Position numbers and translations under genes: made by a program. Positions 1 to 19,226 of a DNA stretch of 64,000 nucleotides are shown one piece after another. The stretch spans positions 1-64,000 of the forward strand of contig MCFH01000090.1 in the NCBI GenBank assembly GCA_002104945.1, in the 5' to 3' direction. Origin of the DNA: Piromyces finnis finn. Taxonomy: Eukaryota; Fungi; Neocallimastigomycota. Position 1 is the stretch's first letter, and every line of letters starts with the position of its first letter. The notes beneath the pieces are model-generated. The model searched no databases. It was not told where the DNA came from and saw nothing but the letters and a program-made list of their open reading frames with translations.

Positions 1-1757
1 AATGATAGAATGAAAAATTTATCATAATTTATTTATATATAATTGACCTGACTTTTAGAAATATGTAAATATATATATCGAATTAAACAATCATTTTTAT
101 ACAAGATAAAATTCAATTAATGAATTTTGATTTAAAATACGAACAAATAAATTGATATATTTTTATCCTATTTTAAAAATATATATATATATATATTTAT
201 TTATTTCTAATGAGTGATTAATTATTATTTTTAAAAATAATTTATCTTTATAATAATGAAAATGAAATTTAAATAAAAAATGATAATATTATCATATTTT
301 TTAAATGTTGTATGAAGGTTTTTATTTAAAAACAATTCAATTTACCTAACAATAACATCACTTTATAATCTATTAATTATTTATTTATTCTCTAAATTGT
401 TTTCCCATCATGCCATTAGATATTATTTCATCCGATAAAACTTACAAATATTTTTTTTTATTTTAGAGATACGAGACATAATGATTTTATTTCTATTTAT
501 TATGTTTTATTATAAATATATATAAATATATATAATATATAAAAATTGAATACCTTAATATTAAATATGAAATGATTTATTATACATTATTAACAATAAA
601 AAAACCAGCCGGTTAAATAGAAGAGTTTTAATTAAAATAATAATAAATATATTTTTATTTAATTAATAAATATTATATTTACTATTATCTTTTAATATGA
701 AATAATAATATTGACAGTTCAATCATTACTATTTAATTATCCTTTATTGTTGTACTTTAAATATGATATTTTTAATAGCTCATATAATATAAAATTTATT
801 AATGTTATTATTTATTATTTTTCGTCGCTTATACTACATTAAAATATTGCTGTTAATAAAGTCTTTTTAAAATAATACATGGCAGTTACTTTAATTATTC
901 TACTAATTGGTTTTTTTATTATAAAAATTAAGCTTTTATTTAATTATAAAAAATGGTTTATATTTTAATTAAAAATTGATATTAATATTGATTTATTCAA
1001 GTTTTCCCATAAAAAAAAATAAATAAATATAAAAGGAATAAAAATGTACTATAATTTTAGTTTTATAGTTTTTATAAATTTTAATAATGAAGAGAGAAAT
1101 TCTATAAGTACTATTGATGATAAAACTTCTCTTATAATCTTTTTTATGAAAGTAGAATCCATACAATAATATATTTTGATATTTATTTTTTTTTAATTCT
1201 TTTGTATATTCATTTTCCAAAATTTTATTTAAATTAATTTCTTAATCCTTTGAAATTTTATTATTATTTATTATTTATGAATTAAATAATTTGACTAAAC
1301 TACCATCATTATACAATAAGAAGTTTTTAACATATGGTCTAACGTTTTCAAGCATTAAAACATAATTCGATTAAAAATTATTGGAAAGAAACAAGTTATT
1401 TTGTAGTATTATAAATAACCATCTTTAAAATATACAGTGTAAAGGATGAATTTATAGAATTAATTATAGAAAACAAAATATTTATTGAATTGTGTAGAAG
1501 GTATGAGAAATGATTTAAAGGGAAAAGAAAAAAGTAATAATGAAATAAAAAAAAAAAAAAAAAAGAATTATATTCAAAAATAATTACTTTTGAATATTTA
1601 AATAAAAAGATAAAGTTTTTTTTTTTTCTTTACTTTTATTTTTTTTAATATTCTTGAATTATTGTTTTTTTTTTTTTTTTTGTTTTTTTTTTTTTTTTTT
1701 GTTTTAATATTTTTTATATTTATAAATACATGTTAAAAATTATTTTATATACATATA

Positions 1758-1903
1758 TTTTTTAAAGTATACAATATACTAATTTATTGTTTATTATTAT
1801 TATTTTTTTAAAGTATACAATATACTAATTTATTGTTTATTATTATTATTTTTTTAAAGTATACAATATGCTAATTTATTGTTTATTATTATTATTTTTT
1901 TAA
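1758..1903. repeat. Tandem repeat, ~46-bp unit x3, just downstream of the first ABCA stop codon
   Basis: TTTAAAGTATACAATAT(A/G)CTAATTTATTGTTTATTATTATTA recurs with a 46-bp period (anchor G at 1767, 1813, 1859). Confidence 0.85.
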
Positions 1904-1912
1904 TAGATATAC

Positions 1913-4635
1913 CTAAATTTCTTTATTTTGTTGAAGTTTTGCAAATTTTAAAAAAATGTCCTCAAGAGTGGTTTGACTAAAACTGTAATCATGTACAACA
2001 TTTTTGATTTTATAATCTTCCATAATTTCAAAAATTTTACTGAAATCTGAGGTAATTTGAAAAGTATATTTAATTCTATTTTTAGATTTAACTTCGCAAA
2101 TTACATTATCCTTATTAAGAATTTCTAAATCTTTTTTGATCATGCTATTTAAAAGATCGGTATCATTACATTGTATTTCTAATATATAGATATCATTAAA
2201 TTTTAATTTTAAATGGTTAGCGGAGCCAATACATTGTAATTCACCATTAACTAAAATTCCAATACGGTCACATAAAACTTCCGCTTCTTCCATAGCATGA
2301 GTAGTAATAATAACGGATGAATTTTCATTTTTAATGTAATTTTGAAGAACATTCCATATATATCTTCTGGTTGATGGATCCATTCCTGAGGAAGGTTCAT
2401 CTAACATAATCTTATTAGAAAAAGTAATTAAGGCTAATAAAATACATAATTTACGTTTTGTACCACCACTTAGTTCGTATGGGTATTTGTTTCTATGGTC
2501 TTCAAGTTTACAGTATTTTATATATTGATTAGCATAATATTTTGATTCTTTCTTGGTGAAACCGCGAAGATATATAAACATTACAAGATGTTCAAATAAT
2601 GTCAATTCATTCCATAAGGAATCATTTTGTGGGCAATAACCCATCATAAAATGATCTTCTTTAATATTTTTATTTTCGATTCCATCGTAATAGAGATTAC
2701 CAATAGTTTGAGTTGTTGTATAAGTAATTAAATTTAACAAAGACGATTTTCCTGCCCCATTTGGACCAATAAGTCCAAAACATTCTTTAGGATTAATTCC
2801 TAGGGTAACGTTCCTTAAAGAAGTAACAACAAGTCTACCATCTCCATAATCAGAAAGGTGATACTCTCCATACTTTGGATTCTTGTTTTTAATTCCTTTA
2901 ATAAACTTTTCATATGAGATAGATGAACTAGAAGGATATTCTTTTCCTACTCTAACAATTTCTATAGGTAAATTTAACTTTGAAGTATTATTTTTAGTAG
3001 CGCTATTTGATATCCTTTCATATTCTCTTAAAACATCTTCATCACCATTTCTTAATTTTTCTTCATTTAATTCTACATCATCTGTTGATCTATCCTTAAT
3101 CGCTAAAATAGAATTTTTATTCTTTTGAACGTTATAGCGATAAATCATATAGGAATAAAATATTATACTGATAAAATTGCAAAAATTTCATTATTATATA
3201 CATTAAAAGATACACCATTAAGAACGTTTACATATTTTTTTCCATTCTTAATTCTATTTTTATAAAGTTTAAAAATATCTTTAACTTCAACTAATGGATA
3301 ACCATTATTGATTGGGTCTCTTTCATAATCATTAGAATACCTATTCTCAATGGTAAAATCACCTTTTTTACTATGTAAGGAAATTGATTTAGTATTAATT
3401 AATTCTAATAGTAATACCAAGCAATGATATAATACAACGGAAAGAAACATTATCAATAAATATATTCCAAATTCCGAATCAAATAAATTTGAAAAAGAGA
3501 TAAATTTATTTTGAGTTTTTGCTAGGTTTAATTTACCTAATGCTATACTAAAATTAATTGGTGATAAGAATAAACAAAGAGTTTTTTGGATTAAAGGATA
3601 GTTTGTTCCTAATTTATAAATATACTCGATAACGATACTACTTGAGAAAAAGAAGAAGGATGTTAACAAAATGGCTATTTTAACTTTTGTAAATATTTTA
3701 GTAAGTAATAGGGATAAGCCTAAGATGGATAAGCCATAAAAAAACAAAAATAAAAAAGTTATAACAAAATTGATAGATTCAAAAATTGAGTAATTTTCAA
3801 TAAGGAGTATTACAAGAGTGTTTATTAAAACCATGGGTATATAGCAAATTTCCCATGAAAGCCATAAAGTTGATGGGTGTACACCAATAGTAATTAATCC
3901 TTCTTCTTGTTTTTTTTCTTTTTCAACAATAATTGATTTCATTAAATTAATTAATACAACAAAAAATATTAAGGGTAAAATTATTGTTGACATGGTTAAG
4001 GCTTCATCATCTTTTTCACTATCAATTAAAGTGATATTAAATTCAGGTTTACTCAATTTCCCAATATTTGTATTAATATTTATTTTTTTATCTAATTTGC
4101 TTTGTATTATAGTTTGATCGATTGCTAATTGAACTGGTACAAAAGTATTCAAATAACGATCGGCATAAGTCACATCCCTATCATCAATCATTTTTCTACT
4201 TTTATAATAAGATCCAACAGGATCTAAATTAGGATCAACTATAGTTTCACCATCTATTCTAATAACATAATTTGAATAATTATAAAATGTGACTTCAGCT
4301 AAGAATTCAATACTATTTTTTTCTTTATAATCAGATAAAGAATTTTTATCTAAAAATGTTTCTATTTGGATAGCATTATAATTACTTGAGAAAATATCAT
4401 TATTCTTAAGATTTTCAACAAAGTTTGCTCTTTTAACATTTTTATCCGTGTCAGGAATAACAAATCCAATTTGAGCATTTATATTATGTTGAAAAAATTC
4501 TTTAATATCAACCGGTTTAACACTTTCCACTTTTCCAAAATTATATTCTTCATAATTTATTATATCTAATAATACATAATGAATAAAGGTTTGTTAATTA
4601 TATATTATATTAATATTATATATTTAGCATTAATA

Positions 4636-4666
<31 letters not shown>

Positions 4667-4979
4667 ATATTTATTACTTATTATTTATTTATTTATTTAT
4701 TTATTTATTATTATTATTGTTGTTGTTATTATTACTATTGTTACAACCAACTTATATTTTTTATCATTATTATAGATATTACAACAAATGATAATATATA
4801 ATATAAAAAAAACTATCCTCATTTATTATATCGTTAATTTTTTCAAACTTACTTATTATAAAGATTAAAAATATTGGAAAAAAGAATTCAAATATTATAT
4901 TTTGGTAAAAATGGTTAACTCGTTTCACCTTTATATTTTTCCATATTAAAGTTTTTAACTGTTGGATGAAAAGACCCAT
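1913..4979 (-). pseudogene. ABCA-subfamily transporter gene with internal deletion (TMD1 joined out of frame to the end of TMD2 plus NBD2); probable pseudogene or half-size derivative
   Basis: Exon 1 is 4979-4853 (MGLFIQQLKTLIWKN..., donor GTAAGT). The AG acceptor at 4567-4566 gives an in-frame exon 2 from 4565, encoding TMD1 up to ...NEIFAIL. Sequence then switches frame to ..SIIFYSYMIYRY.. and NBD2 (GPNGAGKS, LSGGTKRKL, LDEP, C-terminal FSQTTLEDIF). NBD1 and most of TMD2, both present in the paralog at 12720-18114, are missing. Confidence 0.8.
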
Positions 4980-7900
4980 TTTCGATATTATTTTATTATT
5001 AATATTATTATAATAAATTTATTATTTTTTTAGTAAAATAATAATTTATTATTACTTTTTTATTTTTTTTTATTTTTTTTTACATTTTCAAATAAAAGAA
5101 ATTTTAAGATATGTATACTTTTTTTTTTTTTAAAGTAACATCTCTTTCTTGATTATTTTTTTTTATAATTAATAAGATTAAAGATTAAATTTTTGTGTAA
5201 CCAATAATAGCAAATTTATATAAAAAAGGAAAAATTAAAAAAATACATTTTTGATAAAATTCAAAAAAAAAAAAAAACTATTATTTTGCTTTCCAATTGA
5301 ATGAATTTGTTTTTTCTTATAATAATAAACATAATAATAAACATAATAATAATAATATAAATATTTATTTATTTATTATCTTTTTTATTATTTATTTTTA
5401 ATTTTAAATTCTATATGTTTATTATTGTTATTTTAATAAATAATTGAAATATAATGTTTTTACTTCTGATGTAGTAACCAGTAATGTTCTAGAACATTGA
5501 ATTAAATCAACCATATAAAAAAGTATTTATTAAATATACTTTCGTATATTAAATTCTAAATGTTTTAAAATTAGAAACCTAAAAAAAAATAGAAAATAAT
5601 AATAATAATAATTATAAACTATATAAGATATTTAAATATAACAATAATAAAACAATAATATAATTATATTTTTTATTTTAAATATAAAAGAAGATAATAA
5701 TAAAAAAAAATGAAGCATTCAATGTTAATTATTTTTTTTTTTTTTGTAAATTATCAAGTTTCAATTAAAAATAAAAAAATATTTAAAATATAAATATTTA
5801 TAAGTATTATTTCTAAAACAAGTTTCTATAGATATCACTTTATGTCAAATAATATTATAATAATGTACTACTTTTAGATATTATTAATTATTTTAAAGAA
5901 GATGATATCTTTATTTTGTAATAAATAAAGTATTTATACTTTTTATTAATAAATAATTACATATTCTAATTTATCTCTTTATTATACAATTAATATATAC
6001 ATAAATAGATTACATAATGATTCAAGTTTCATTGAAAATTATTAAAGAAAAGTGGGGATTTTGATTTTTTTTTTTTTTAAAAAATAAAATGAAATGAACT
6101 AGGTTTAGCCTATGATAATAAAAACGATTTATACAATGTGTTTTTATTATTATATAAAATAATATTATAAATAATATTGTAAAAAGTTGTTAATAATATA
6201 ATCATTGAAATTACTACTACAACAATAATAACAGGAAAAACAAACAAAAAAAAAAAAACATTCATAATAATATATAATATATAATAATAATATGAATAAT
6301 AAATATATATTATAATATAAATGAGTAATAATAATAAAAAAAAAATATAAAATTTATTTACATTTCAATATTAATAAAAAAAATATTAAAAAAAAATATT
6401 TAATAGTTTCATAATAATAATATTATTTATTATTATTATTTTTGTACATTTTTTTATAAAAAAAAAAATATATATATATAATGTTTACTATCAAAATTTA
6501 ATCTTGAGATGTTCTTCAAATAATAGTTTCGAGTTGAATTCATATTTTTTTTTTTTTTTAAATTTTAGTTTAATGTTAAACCAAGAAGAATAACAAAATA
6601 ATATTATATTTTTTATGATTCTATAATTGTTGTCAAATATAGGTAATTTTTAAAATTCAAGTTATATCCTTTTTTTTTTTTCATTAGAATAGCACTACAT
6701 ATGAAAACATTCTCTTTTAATAATTTCTGTATTTAATTAACTCAAATTACATATTTTCGTAAAATTTAAAATCAATTAATAAATGTTAATAAACAGATCA
6801 TTTTGTTTTACAAAAACTAATATAATCATAAATTTTTAAATGACTATTTTGTAATTTACTTTTAACAAACACTTTAAAATATTTATTTTTGTTTACATAT
6901 TTATATGTCCCTTTTAATATTTTATTCATTTATTCTTTTACCAATTATTTTAATAATAATTTTAATAGTATTTACAGTTTAAAAATATAATAATTTTATT
7001 TTAATTATAAAACATTTTCTTTAAATATATTTAGTCCTTGTTTATTCATAATATTACTCCTTTTATTAATCACTAAAACCTACTATAGAATGAATTCAAA
7101 TTATTTTAATAAATAGAATTAAATGATTTTAAATTGATTCTATTTTTTTTTTAATTTTAATAAATTCAAAAAAAAAAAAAAAAATAACTTCAATCCATCC
7201 TTCCACTTTCATTAAAAAACCTTTTTTTTTTTTTTTTTTTTTATTTTTTTAAAAAAATATTTATTTTTCAAATAGATAATTAATCTTTAAGTATTAAATT
7301 AATGGTAAATAGCAAGACCATAAAATTAGAAAATGTAAATGTTCCTCTACGTAATAAATTGATTAATTCATTTATCAAATAGACCCTAAAATGTATATAT
7401 ATAAATACTATTAATTTACTTTATAAAAATATTAGTTATAAATTAAAAAGTAGTAATAAAATTTTAGAATTAGTATAGTATTGGTGAAATAAATAAAACC
7501 AGTCTCTACCATTAGTTATATTCAATAAAAAATAAAAATACAATAATTTTGGGTATGAAATATAAAAATTTTTTGAACTAAATTGATATTAAAGTTACAT
7601 TGTAAATTATTGCAATTTTTTTTTTTTTTTTTTCAAAAAAATAGTTGCTACAAGGAATTTAATTAATGTTAAAAGAATATTAAAATACTAATTTTCTTTT
7701 AAAATTTATTTACCAACTCAAGTGTTTATAGGAAAAATTCTATGAGAATACTCAAATAATTATAATTATAGACCTTCATTATATAATCAAGTAAGAATAT
7801 AAGAATATTAAAAAATTAAAATTTATTATTAAATCTCTTTTCAAATATGAAATGTTTTTAGCTAATATTTAATTACTAACATAATATAAAATAACATATA

Positions 7901-10089
7901 TCATATACTTTATGATATTTTAACTTTAAAATCTTTATATTTATGAAAGGTTTAATTTGAAATGGGTTATTAAATATTACAGAGTTCAAATAAATTTAGT
8001 TTTTTGAGAGTTTTGATAAAGTATAAGTTAATTTATCTAATGATATTATAAGCTTAGATATAATAATGTTTTTGATATCTTTTTTTTTTTTTTTATTAAT
8101 AAACAAAGAATATATATAATAATGTATATTTAAATTTTTTTAAAATTTCCTTTTTCTTATATATACATATTTAGACTATTATTTAAATATATAATTCAAA
8201 GGAATTCAAATACATATTCTTTTTTTTTTTTTTTAATGCTATTAATAATAAAAATTACATGGATCATACATTTATTTCATCTTTACAATATTTAATATTA
8301 CAGTCATCTTTATATAATAATCACAAAAATTTAACAATATTATAACCCTAATTATTACACAATTATCTGTTCAATTTAGGTAGAAATGATAATACTAGTT
8401 TTTATATAAAACAAATATAAAAAGTTCTTATTTATTAATATTTATAATACAAAATATTAGAATAAAGAGAGAAAAGAAAATACATTAATTATTTTAATAC
8501 ATATTTTCAAAAATATGTAATATAATAATATTAATATAAATGATACATTTTTTTATTTATAATTAAAAGTTTTTTTTTTTTCACTTCTATTCTTCATGTA
8601 GGTATTTAATCATTATTAATGAATAATAATTTTAATTATTAAAAAAAAAATAATAAAAAATATATGAAAATATATGAAAATCTTTTTTTTTTTTTTAATA
8701 ATAGAATGATTACCAAAAAAAAAAAAGTTTATTTATTATTAAGGTATAGAATTGGATATTTATAAAAAAAAAGAAAACATGTTTTATCAATGATAAAAAA
8801 ATATATTTATATATTAAATTTCTATTATTATAAATTAAATTCTTAGCTCATATTTTATGATATTTACAAATTTAGAAATTACATCATATTAAAATGAGTA
8901 TTACATTATTATTTGTGTTAATTTAATTATGATATAATATGTATTAAAACTTTATTTATTAATAAATCATGAATATATTCTCAATGAATTAAAAAAAGGA
9001 GACTTTTAACAAAGTTAATTCAATATAAATTTAAGATATTAATTAAAGTTTTAATAAAAATAATCATTTAAATTATTATTTAAAAATATCAATTAAAATG
9101 TTTTAATATTTTATGGTAAAAAGAATATTAAAATGTTTTTATAATAAAAAATTTGCCGTCATTGTTTTATAATAGTTTTTTTTACACACCTTTTTTATTC
9201 TTGTTTCATGTTTATTTTTAAATATTTGATATAATTATATATTGTTTAAAAAATAAATAAATAACTTTACAATATAAAAATAACTTTTTGATATTTAATT
9301 TTATTGTATATTTTTTTAATACTATGTAAATTTGATATTTAATTTTATTGTATTTTTTTTTTTTTAATACTATGTCAAGAGAAAACAGCAAAGTTATATA
9401 AAGAAAATTAATTATTACTATAATAATTTATAGGAATCTTGACTTTAATAAACTTTTTTTAATATTAGAAAAGAAAATGACACATTTTTAATTTTCACCA
9501 TTCATATTAAAATTTTATTATTATGATGATTAATAAATATAAAAAAATATAAAAAATTTTATTGATTTACATAAATTTTAATTTATTTAAGCAATGTGTA
9601 ATATTAAATAAATTTTAATTAAATCATATTTTATTCTTATTATTTCCATATAAAATTTGAATTGATTCATATATTAAAATAAATATAAATTACATATAAT
9701 ATAGCCATAAAATATATTATTAATTTTTTAAAGTAATTACTCCACAAATTAATAATAATGCTAAAAATGTATAAAAGGATAAACTTTTATCCAATTTTTT
9801 ATTAAATCAAGTAGATATTTATTATATTAAATATTAATAAGTAAATAAATTATATATATATATTAAAAAAAAGAAAAAAATTTGAAATTTCAATTTATCT
9901 TTCCTAAAAAAAAAAAAAAAAGTCATTCTCAGGAAAGATAATAAATATATATATATTAATAATAAAATAATATTATTATTTTAAATTTAAAAAAGAAATT
10001 TTAAAATTAACATTTTCATTAAACAGAAAAAATAATTAATATAACTGAAAAAAAAGAGAAAAAATATTATTGAAATTAAATTAAAGGAA

Positions 10090-12069
10090 ATGAAATTATT
10101 TTATTTTATTACTTTATTTACTTATATAGTAGCAACTAGTTTAGTTGCTGCTGATATTACTTTAACTGCTGGTCCAGTTTCTTGCAATTACAAAAATAAA
10201 GATTTAGATGATGAATACAATCCAAATTCTGATGTAAGTATTAAATGTAATGGTAATTCTTGTACTGTTAATGGTTCAGGTGCTACTGCTTCAAGTGGTA
10301 AGGTTACCATTACTTCTGCTGGTACCTACATTGTTCAAGGTTCACTCAATGGACAAGTTCTTATTGAAGCTACTAAAGAAGATTTTATTCATCTTGTATT
10401 AAACAGTGTAACTATTAAGAGTACCAATGGTCCAGCTATTTATGGTACTGCTGCTAGTAAGGTTGTCATTACTCTTGTTGGTGACAATACTCTTTCTGAC
10501 TCTAATAATTATTCTGCTGTAAATGGGGAACCAGATGCTTGTATATTCATTGATTCTGATGTTTCTATTAATGGTTCAGGTAGTATTAATGTTACTGGTA
10601 ATTACAATGATGCCATCAGATGTAAAAAGGATTTAAAATTAATTAGTGGTAAAATTACTATTCCAAAAGCTACTCAAAGAGGTATTAAAGCTAAAAACTC
10701 CATTTGTATTTTAGATGCTGATATCGATATTACTTCCCAAAATAGTGCTATCAAGGTTACTAAAGATGATGATCCAGAAAAGGGATTTGTCGTTATTGAT
10801 GGTGGAAAAATTAATATTTCTACTGGAAAGGATGCTATTCATGCCGAAACTCATCTTACTATTCGTGATGGTTATATTAACGTAAAAAAATGTGAAGAAG
10901 GTATTGAAGGTCAAATGGTTGATATTCTTGGAGGTGAAATCCATGTTTTCGCTTACAATGATGCTATTAATGCTGGTAAGATTGGTTCTGGAGATAAGAG
11001 TGCTAATCCATTTGCTGACTTTGGTGCTGGTAATGATGGTAGTGTTTATATTAACATTGTTGGAGGTAAAGTTTATGTCGATGCTGAAGGTTCAGATATT
11101 GATGGTATTGATGCAAACGGTGTTCTTTACATTGGTGGAAACGCCGAAGTTTATTCTAGTGTAAATAAGGGTACTATCTATGGTTTCTATGCCGCTCTCG
11201 ATGCCGATGGTGCTAATTCCATTTGTCCAGGTGCTACTGTTGTAGCTCTTGGTACTTCTGGTGGTAATGGTGGTTTCTTTAAGCGTGATGGCCGTAAAGA
11301 AAAGCGTCAATGGAATAATGGTGGTTGGAACATGGGTGGTAACAATAATAATGGTGGCTGGAATAATGGTGGTAATAACAATAACAACGGTGGATGGAAT
11401 ATGGGTAACAATGGTGGATGGAATAATGGAGGTTTCGGTGGCGGCTTTGGAGGTATGATGGGTGCTGAATCAGGTTTAGTATACCAACCATACATTCAAA
11501 CTAGTGTAACTGCTCAACAAGCCAATGCTAAACTCGTTGTTACTGACAGTAGTAACAATGTCATTATTTCTTATGTCCCAAGAAATCCATATGCTGCTCT
11601 TTTAATTACTTCACCAAAGATGGTTGCTGGTGAAACCTATACTATTAAGGCCGGTAATTCATCAACTACTGCTAAGGCTTCTTCTCCAGCTACTGGAAAT
11701 GTTACTCCACCATCTGTAACTACTCCACCACCAGTTACTAAGGTTACTAAAACCAGTGGATCAAAGCAAACTAACAGTAGTACAAGCTCTTGTTCTGCAT
11801 CTATTATTAAGAGTGGATATAAATGTTGCTCAGCTTCTTGTGAAGTTATTTACACAGATTCCGATGGTACTTGGGGTGTTGAAAACAATGAATGGTGTGG
11901 ATGTGGTGGAGGAAGCAGTAATGCTACTGCACCAACTTGTTCCTCATCAATTACATCTCAAGGTTACAAATGTTGCAGTTCTTCAAACTGTGATGTTTAT
12001 TACAACGACGAAAGCGGAAAATGGGGTATTGAAAACGGTAATTGGTGTGGTATTACAAGCAATTGTTAA
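10090..12069 (+). CDS. Secreted Cthe_2159/DUF4353-like (polysaccharide-lyase-like beta-helix) carbohydrate-binding protein with two C-terminal fungal dockerin (CBM10-type) domains; cellulosome component; intronless
   Basis: 659-aa ORF with a hydrophobic signal peptide. Motifs typical of Cthe_2159 (GTYIVQGSLNGQVLIEA, IHLVLNSVTI..GPAIY, NTLSD, DGIDANG). Thr/Pro linker, then two C..GYKCC...C.V.Y.D..G.WG.EN..WCG dockerin repeats. Confidence 0.88.
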   Translation: MKLFYFITLFTYIVATSLVAADITLTAGPVSCNYKNKDLDDEYNPNSDVSIKCNGNSCTVNGSGATASSGKVTITSAGTYIVQGSLNGQVLIEATKEDFIHLVLNSVTIKSTNGPAIYGTAASKVVITLVGDNTLSDSNNYSAVNGEPDACIFIDSDVSINGSGSINVTGNYNDAIRCKKDLKLISGKITIPKATQRGIKAKNSICILDADIDITSQNSAIKVTKDDDPEKGFVVIDGGKINISTGKDAIHAETHLTIRDGYINVKKCEEGIEGQMVDILGGEIHVFAYNDAINAGKIGSGDKSANPFADFGAGNDGSVYINIVGGKVYVDAEGSDIDGIDANGVLYIGGNAEVYSSVNKGTIYGFYAALDADGANSICPGATVVALGTSGGNGGFFKRDGRKEKRQWNNGGWNMGGNNNNGGWNNGGNNNNNGGWNMGNNGGWNNGGFGGGFGGMMGAESGLVYQPYIQTSVTAQQANAKLVVTDSSNNVIISYVPRNPYAALLITSPKMVAGETYTIKAGNSSTTAKASSPATGNVTPPSVTTPPPVTKVTKTSGSKQTNSSTSSCSASIIKSGYKCCSASCEVIYTDSDGTWGVENNEWCGCGGGSSNATAPTCSSSITSQGYKCCSSSNCDVYYNDESGKWGIENGNWCGITSNC

Positions 12070-12719
12070 AACTTTATCCAATTATTTTTAAAGTTTTAAA
12101 TATGTATATATTTATATAATAAATATGTAATATAACAATTTTTTTTTAATAGGATTATACTTTTTTAAAATAAAAAGACAATAATCGACGAAAAATAATA
12201 ATAATAATAATCATTAAAAAAAATTAATAATAAATAAAATTGTAAAAAAAGTGTAAATTTAATAAAAAAAAAAAAACTTTTTATGTTAAAGTTACACATA
12301 TAATTTATTTTTTAATTAATAAATTGTCCCAAGAAAAAAAATTATAAGAAATTTCTATGGGCAAATTCTTTTATATTGATTGAAACAAATTTTAATGTTG
12401 AAAAAAAAAAAAATTGTTAAGAAAATATAATTAAAAAAATTTTTATTTTTATTTAATTTTTTATTTAGTATATATATATATTAGTTTTTACTTTTAATTT
12501 TATCTAATTATTTATTTTATTTTATCTATTTTTGTTTAGTTTTTATTTTATATATATTATATATATATATATTATATATATATATTTTTTTTATTTTATA
12601 ATTTTACAATTAGTTTAATATATTTTTTTATTTTTTTTATATATATATATATATATATTTTTTTTTTTTCATTATTTTATTATTATCCTATATTATTTAT
12701 AATTAGATATCTTTGAATT

Positions 12720-18114
<5,395 letters not shown>

Positions 18115-18714
18115 TTTATCATTTACAATTTGATTAATATAAAAATTATATATTAAATAAAAATTATTGTTGTTTATATTTTATAATTAGATTAATTTAT
18201 TGTTTATATTTATGATTTTGTTTTTAATTTCAATATTTTCTTTTTCTTCTTCTTTTAACTCCTCATTTGTATATTATTATTTAAATAAATTTATCGAATC
18301 AAATTAAAAATTTAAAATTTTATTCAATTTGATTGGATTTAATAATTATAAAAGAAAATATTTTCTATTTGTTTATAGTATTTATATGACGTAAGAATTA
18401 TAAAAATAATAAAAGTTAAAATATTATTCGTTTTACTTCTTTAACTTTTATCCTTTTCCTTTTTAAATTTTAAAAAATAAAAATGGTATAAAAATGGAAT
18501 TTAAATATAATTTATATTTTTATTAAAAAAATTAAATAATTAATAATTGTGTATTTATGGCTTGATATAATAAAAAATGTATAAAGTATATTAATATAAA
18601 ATAAAATTTTTTAATTTAATTATGGTGTAACATAAAATAATTTGTTTTTATTTTTTCCTAAACAACTAATTTATATTAATATATTTTGCAACAAAAAAGT
18701 CTAGAATCATTCAC

Positions 18715-18796
18715 TGCCCTGAACTAATTATTTTAATTAGTAAATATGTTCCCCAATTTACTGCCCTGAATTAATTATTTTAATTAGTTCAGGGCA
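18715..18796. repeat. 82-bp MITE-like element with 16-bp terminal inverted repeats and an internal third copy
   Basis: TGCCCTGAACTAATTA (18715-18730) is the exact reverse complement of TAATTAGTTCAGGGCA (18781-18796). A near-copy starts at 18762. No TSD recognised. Confidence 0.5.
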
Positions 18797-19226
18797 AACG
18801 TGTTTATTTTATGGCTTGTTTTTATATTAAACAATATTGGTATTTTTATAAAGATACAATTTATTAAAATAAATTAAACTTCTAATAATATTTACACAGA
18901 ATGATTTTATGCCATTTTCCTTTAAATTATAAAAAATAATAATTAATAGATTTGATAACTATATCATTATTTATATTATTAAATAAACAAAGAAAATATA
19001 TATTTTGTGAATATTGATAGATAAACTTAGAAAATTCAAATGGTAAATATAATTTCTTTTAGAATATTATTATAAATTATAATTGTATAATTGTAAAAAA
19101 TTATAAAAATCAAATATAATTTTATATATGTTTGTTAATTTTTTTATATTAAAAAAAAAAATAAATATAAATCATTTTAATTCTAATTAATAATATTTTA
19201 TAAAAAAAAATAACTTCTATGTTAAT

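Noticed and set aside
5483-5498. 16-bp palindrome AATGTTCTAGAACATT containing a TTCnnGAA heat-shock-like core
   Set aside because: Only two nGAAn units and a single occurrence; not distinguishable from chance.
10711-12091. Short overlapping or antisense ORFs within the dockerin gene (similarly within the LINE, the cotH genes and the triplicated genes)
   Set aside because: They are shadow frames of real coding sequence. Their repetition among the three gene copies simply follows the DNA duplication.
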